A stretch of 64,000 bases of DNA from Antedon mediterranea (lineage: Eukaryota; Animalia; Echinodermata), in NCBI RefSeq assembly GCF_964355755.1, contig NC_092678.1:11654352-11718351 (forward strand), read 5' to 3'. A program made the translations under genes and the position numbers. Position 1 is the stretch's first letter. Each line of letters begins with the position of its first letter. Of this stretch, positions 62,101 through 64,000 are shown piece after piece. The notes beneath the pieces were generated by a model, which worked only from the letters and a program-made list of their open reading frames with translations, was not told where the DNA came from and made no database searches.

Positions 62101-63459
62101 CGCCGGTGATTTCTATGAAACGCCCAGTGCATGCCTCTTTTACGACATTTCGCGTAGTGATTAGGATGTTGTCCTAGAGTACAAGTTCATGGTCTTGGTT
62201 TATTGTGTCATGAAAATAAATAATATATAATTACATAGGCCTATTACAATTAACACAGCAAGCAAAGGAAAGTAGTAATAACTAATATTTAATAATTTAA
62301 TTGTTTTTAATCTTTCGAGGAAAGAATTCAGTGCACTCATAATTTTTCTCGCGTGTAGGCCTACCACGTACTAATTAATAGAGTATTAACATTTTTTCGA
62401 ATGAGGTTAAATAAATATTATTTTTTATTTACTAATCTTTTAATATCATATTTTATTGAATTTTAAAATGTTAATACACAAAATATTTTACTAAAAAACG
62501 TGATTTTATGTAATTATTTTACCGAAAAATGGAGTAGGCCTAGGCTCTAGCCTACAACTACAAACAACTGCCGACTGAATGAGGGGCAACATGTTTACAT
62601 CATTTTTGGCTAAAAACATCACTGTATTTTGGAATCTACAAGCCAGATTTTCATAATTATTTCTTTAATTATAATATTTAATAATATATATACTAAAAAC
62701 CATGATATATAAACGTTTGAATGTACATCGTTATCCCTAACATAAATTGAACGAGCACCGGCGAAAGTTAGCATTTGGCGTTCCATAGAAAATAACGTTT
62801 TTCTGGCGGCGGCTCAACTTGTCGGCGGCTCAACTTGGCCTAATCCACTAGAACCTGGCTATTAAATGTTATGCAACTGACGGTATGTTTTGATCCATGG
62901 AGTTAGGCTTTCATATTGAAAACAAGGTTACGCTATAATAATGTTATGCAACTGACGGTATGTTTACATCCATGGAGTTAGGCTTTCATATTGAAAGCAA
63001 GGTTACACTATAATAATGTAATGTAACTGAAAAGTATTCAGATTCGAATATCAAATGCTTTCATTACAAACTGAAGTGAAACAGGCGGTGTGCAAAAGTA
63101 AATAGATTAAAGGTCAAAATCATTGATGCATGACTATCGTATCATAAACATATTACACTATATCATCACATCTTGTATCTTGAGCTGTCGTAACAAACAA
63201 AAGATCAATGTCATAAGAGATGGCTTCCACTAATCTTTTACTGGTTCAAGAATATACATAGGTGTGAACAGGCCTAATACTACTTTAGTTTACCATTGCT
63301 TTGATGCCTTCAGGGTAGAGAAATCTGTTGTACAGTGTATCTACGGTGTCATTAGGATCAACATCAACCTCTTTCTGAAGAAGGATTGGTCCAGTGTCAA
63401 GACCATCATCAGCCCAAAAGACAGTGAACCCTGCCTTCTTATCTCCACACATCAATGTC
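44127..63459 (-). CDS. ALDH1L1: 10-formyltetrahydrofolate dehydrogenase (ALDH1L1/ALDH1L2 co-orthologue), last 18 coding exons; about 120 N-terminal residues lie right of the window
   Basis: 18 GT-AG exons splice into one open frame of 2338 nt ending in TGA at 44129-44127. Motifs: hydrolase [10 protein letters not shown], acyl-carrier [73 protein letters not shown]-terminus KTVTIEY. L1 versus L2 cannot be decided from this window. Confidence 0.96.
44454..46041. mobile_element. Non-autonomous Kolobok-like DNA transposon, 1588 bp, last ALDH1L intron
   Basis: TTAA|AGGGGTATTCTGGGTTTAAAA ... TTTTAAACCCGGAACCCCCCT|TTAA; TTAA TSD with AG...CT termini; CpG-rich interior; no transposase ORF. Confidence 0.8.
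46712..46911 (-). CDS. ALDH1L1: ALDH1L exon: [22 protein letters not shown]...GFGKDL
   Basis: tttag|T, G|GTAAGT, 200 nt. Confidence 0.95.
47159..47264 (-). CDS. ALDH1L1: ALDH1L exon: [34 protein letters not shown]
   Basis: tttag|GA, AG|GTAATA, 106 nt. Confidence 0.94.
47355..48945. repeat. Composite minisatellite of 56-bp (A) and 53-bp (B) related units, ~29 monomers
   Basis: A=CCAGTCTACAAACCAGTCCAATTGTGGGTCTGGTAGTATAAATACAGGGTATTACA; B=CCAATCAATGAACTAGTTCAATTGTTGGTCTGGTGGAAATACAGGGTATTACA. Confidence 0.95.
49151..49316 (-). CDS. ALDH1L1: ALDH1L exon: [24 protein letters not shown]...QADRP
   Basis: tcaag|GTT, G|GTAATT, 166 nt. Confidence 0.94.
49599..49797 (-). CDS. ALDH1L1: ALDH1L exon: [18 protein letters not shown]...[12 protein letters not shown]...YIRRV (catalytic Glu and Cys)
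   Basis: ttcag|T, GTT|GTAAGT, 199 nt. Absent from the ORF track. Confidence 0.96.
50107..50200 (-). CDS. ALDH1L1: ALDH1L exon: [30 protein letters not shown]
   Basis: ttcag|GT, AG|GTAAAA, 94 nt. Confidence 0.95.
51497..52017. mobile_element. Kolobok-like MITE, 521 bp
   Basis: TTAA|AGATGTATTGTCC ... GGACAATACATCT|TTAA; 13-bp perfect TIR. Confidence 0.85.
52145..52338 (-). CDS. ALDH1L1: ALDH1L exon: [18 protein letters not shown]...NILPGS
   Basis: ttcag|T, G|GTAAAT, 194 nt. Confidence 0.95.
53034..53219. repeat. 93-bp direct tandem duplication
   Basis: GACCTTTCCAAAGGCAG...AAGGCAGGGGCA twice, one substitution. Confidence 0.9.
53342..53412 (-). CDS. ALDH1L1: ALDH1L exon: [23 protein letters not shown]
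   Basis: cttag|GGC, GG|GTAAGT, 71 nt. Confidence 0.94.
53830..53980 (-). CDS. ALDH1L1: ALDH1L exon: [27 protein letters not shown]...WCDKIQ
   Basis: aacag|G, CAG|GTATTA, 151 nt. Confidence 0.95.
55048..55112 (-). CDS. ALDH1L1: ALDH1L exon: [21 protein letters not shown]
   Basis: cctag|GCT, AG|GTACAG, 65 nt. Confidence 0.93.
55643..55825 (-). CDS. ALDH1L1: ALDH1L exon: [22 protein letters not shown]...AVSAAK
   Basis: ttgcag|GTA, AAG|GTACTT, 183 nt. Confidence 0.93.
56345..56486 (-). CDS. ALDH1L1: ALDH1L exon: [24 protein letters not shown]...FTYDA
   Basis: aatag|A, GCA|GTAAGC, 142 nt. Confidence 0.93.
56630..57650. repeat. 23-25-bp minisatellite TAAAACAATCGTTGACAGTGTCA, ~40 copies
   Basis: Fills most of the 1.2-kb intron 56487-57702. 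Confidence 0.95.
57703..57788 (-). CDS. ALDH1L1: ALDH1L exon: [28 protein letters not shown] (acyl-carrier domain, phosphopantetheine Ser)
   Basis: tttag|AGT, AG|GTAACT, 86 nt; DFFxxGxxS motif. Confidence 0.93.
57934..58062 (-). CDS. ALDH1L1: ALDH1L exon: [14 protein letters not shown]...MADKVK
   Basis: tcacag|TTA, AAG|GTTGGT, 129 nt. Confidence 0.9.
58555..58689 (-). CDS. ALDH1L1: ALDH1L exon: [10 protein letters not shown]...TGNDDKM
   Basis: tttag|CAA, ATG|GTAAGA, 135 nt. Confidence 0.92.
58740..58985 (+). mobile_element. Diverged copy of the Deu/Nin-like SINE containing a 17-bp tandem repeat (CACATCAGGCTTGTGTG x6, 58816-58920)
   Basis: Shares GTGGTAGAACAAGT and TTTAAAG..AACCCAGT..GAGAGTAGAGGCTACCCCAGTGTACT blocks with the 8341 element. 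Confidence 0.5.
59246..59310. repeat. 26-bp-arm palindrome inside a short dispersed palindromic element (related remnant ~51325-51450)
   Basis: TGAATGACGAAAGGTTATATATCAAC-tcggcgttgcctc-GTTGATATATAACCTTTCATCATTCA, one mismatch. Confidence 0.85.
61192..61281 (-). CDS. ALDH1L1: ALDH1L exon: [30 protein letters not shown]
   Basis: ttgcag|ATA, CAG|GTAAAT, 90 nt. Confidence 0.94.
61628..61853. repeat. 55-bp tandem repeat x4 abutting an ALDH1L splice donor
   Basis: Unit GTT(C/T)AATGTTACCAAGTTGTGATTGTTTACAGAGAACATTAGACAATATCATTCA. Confidence 0.92.
61859..61963 (-). CDS. ALDH1L1: ALDH1L exon: [35 protein letters not shown]
   Basis: ttgcag|GGT, AAG|GTAAAT, 105 nt. Confidence 0.93.
62066..62846. mobile_element. 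Non-autonomous DNA transposon, 781 bp, 8-bp TSD (Merlin- or hAT-like)
   Basis: ACTAGAAC on both flanks (62058-62065, 62847-62854); GG...CC termini; ~39-bp imperfect TIR containing GCCGCCGACAAGTTGAGCCGCC. Confidence 0.75.
62865..63030. repeat. ~75-bp tandem duplication, ~2.2 copies
   Basis: AATGTTATGCAACTGACGGTATGTTT...GGTTAC(G/A)CTATAAT repeated. Confidence 0.85.
63294..63459 (-). CDS. ALDH1L1: ALDH1L exon: [24 protein letters not shown]...EGIKAM
   Basis: tttag|G acceptor, ATG|GTAAAC donor, 166 nt; hydrolase Asp motif DDGLDTG. Not shown in the ORF track in this frame. Confidence 0.95.
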
Positions 63460-64000
63460 CTAAAAGAAATTTGGAAAATTGACTATTCATGTGCACAACA
63501 TTTTTTTTTAATTATGAGAGTTTTTTCTCATTTTTATGTATATGTCTATAGTATAAATGAGGGTTTCTTGATTGCCTGTTTTGGGCAACTATTATTTAGT
63601 AAACAAAGCTAAATAAAAATATTAATAATCAATAGGACAGTCAACATATTAATGTTATCACCATTTTTATTCTATTAACAAATTAATAAATTATTTAAAT
63701 GTAATGCAGTAAATGATGATCAAATAAATAATTTTAAATTTTATTGAAAAATATGTTGGTGTTGCTGGTATCGGGATACTGTACGACAAGCATCTGCCAA
63801 TCTTTTAGCATAATGAGTTTAAAGAGAATGAGAATATTCAAATTATTGTACGTTTCTTGGTGGTACATATTATTTGACTTTCTTTTGTTTGGATAGCAAT
63901 AATAACAATGATAAAGATTACTTACCAAGCTTACTTACTAATAACTACTATTTTACATCTTACCAACCGCACTACAGTAACCATGTAACATTACAACATG

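Noticed and set aside
63915-63970. GTAAG donor-like sites as the end of the preceding ALDH1L exon
   Set aside because: The upstream minus-strand sequence does not encode the expected ...GASAINW segment; that exon must lie beyond the window.

Overview
AT-rich, intron-rich animal genomic DNA, probably from a marine invertebrate (inferred from gene and repeat content); it is not prokaryotic. Two spliced protein-coding genes lie in tandem on the minus strand. (1) The last 18 coding exons (44127-63459, ~778 codons, all GT-AG, reading frame continuous) of a 10-formyltetrahydrofolate dehydrogenase (ALDH1L1/ALDH1L2 co-orthologue); the hydrolase, acyl-carrier and aldehyde-dehydrogenase motifs are intact. 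(2) The first three coding exons (34785-6478) of an MFSD4A-like major facilitator transporter, whose first intron is 26.2 kb. A ~4.5 kb satellite of ~54 x 83-bp units with a 1407-bp higher-order duplication lies between the genes. Introns contain decayed LINEs, a Deu/Nin-type SINE, Harbinger-, pogo-, Kolobok- and 8-bp-TSD MITEs, and many minisatellites. The most unusual structure is a ~11-13 kb nest (17.5-30.6 kb) of non-autonomous rolling-circle (Helentron/HINE-like) elements. Families A-C share one 3' hairpin and a CTAG end but carry family-specific, co-varying sub-terminal inverted repeats, and they insert into and next to each other. No rRNA, tRNA or CRISPR array was found. I see no clearly new protein-coding system; most short ORFs in the track are repeat-derived noise.
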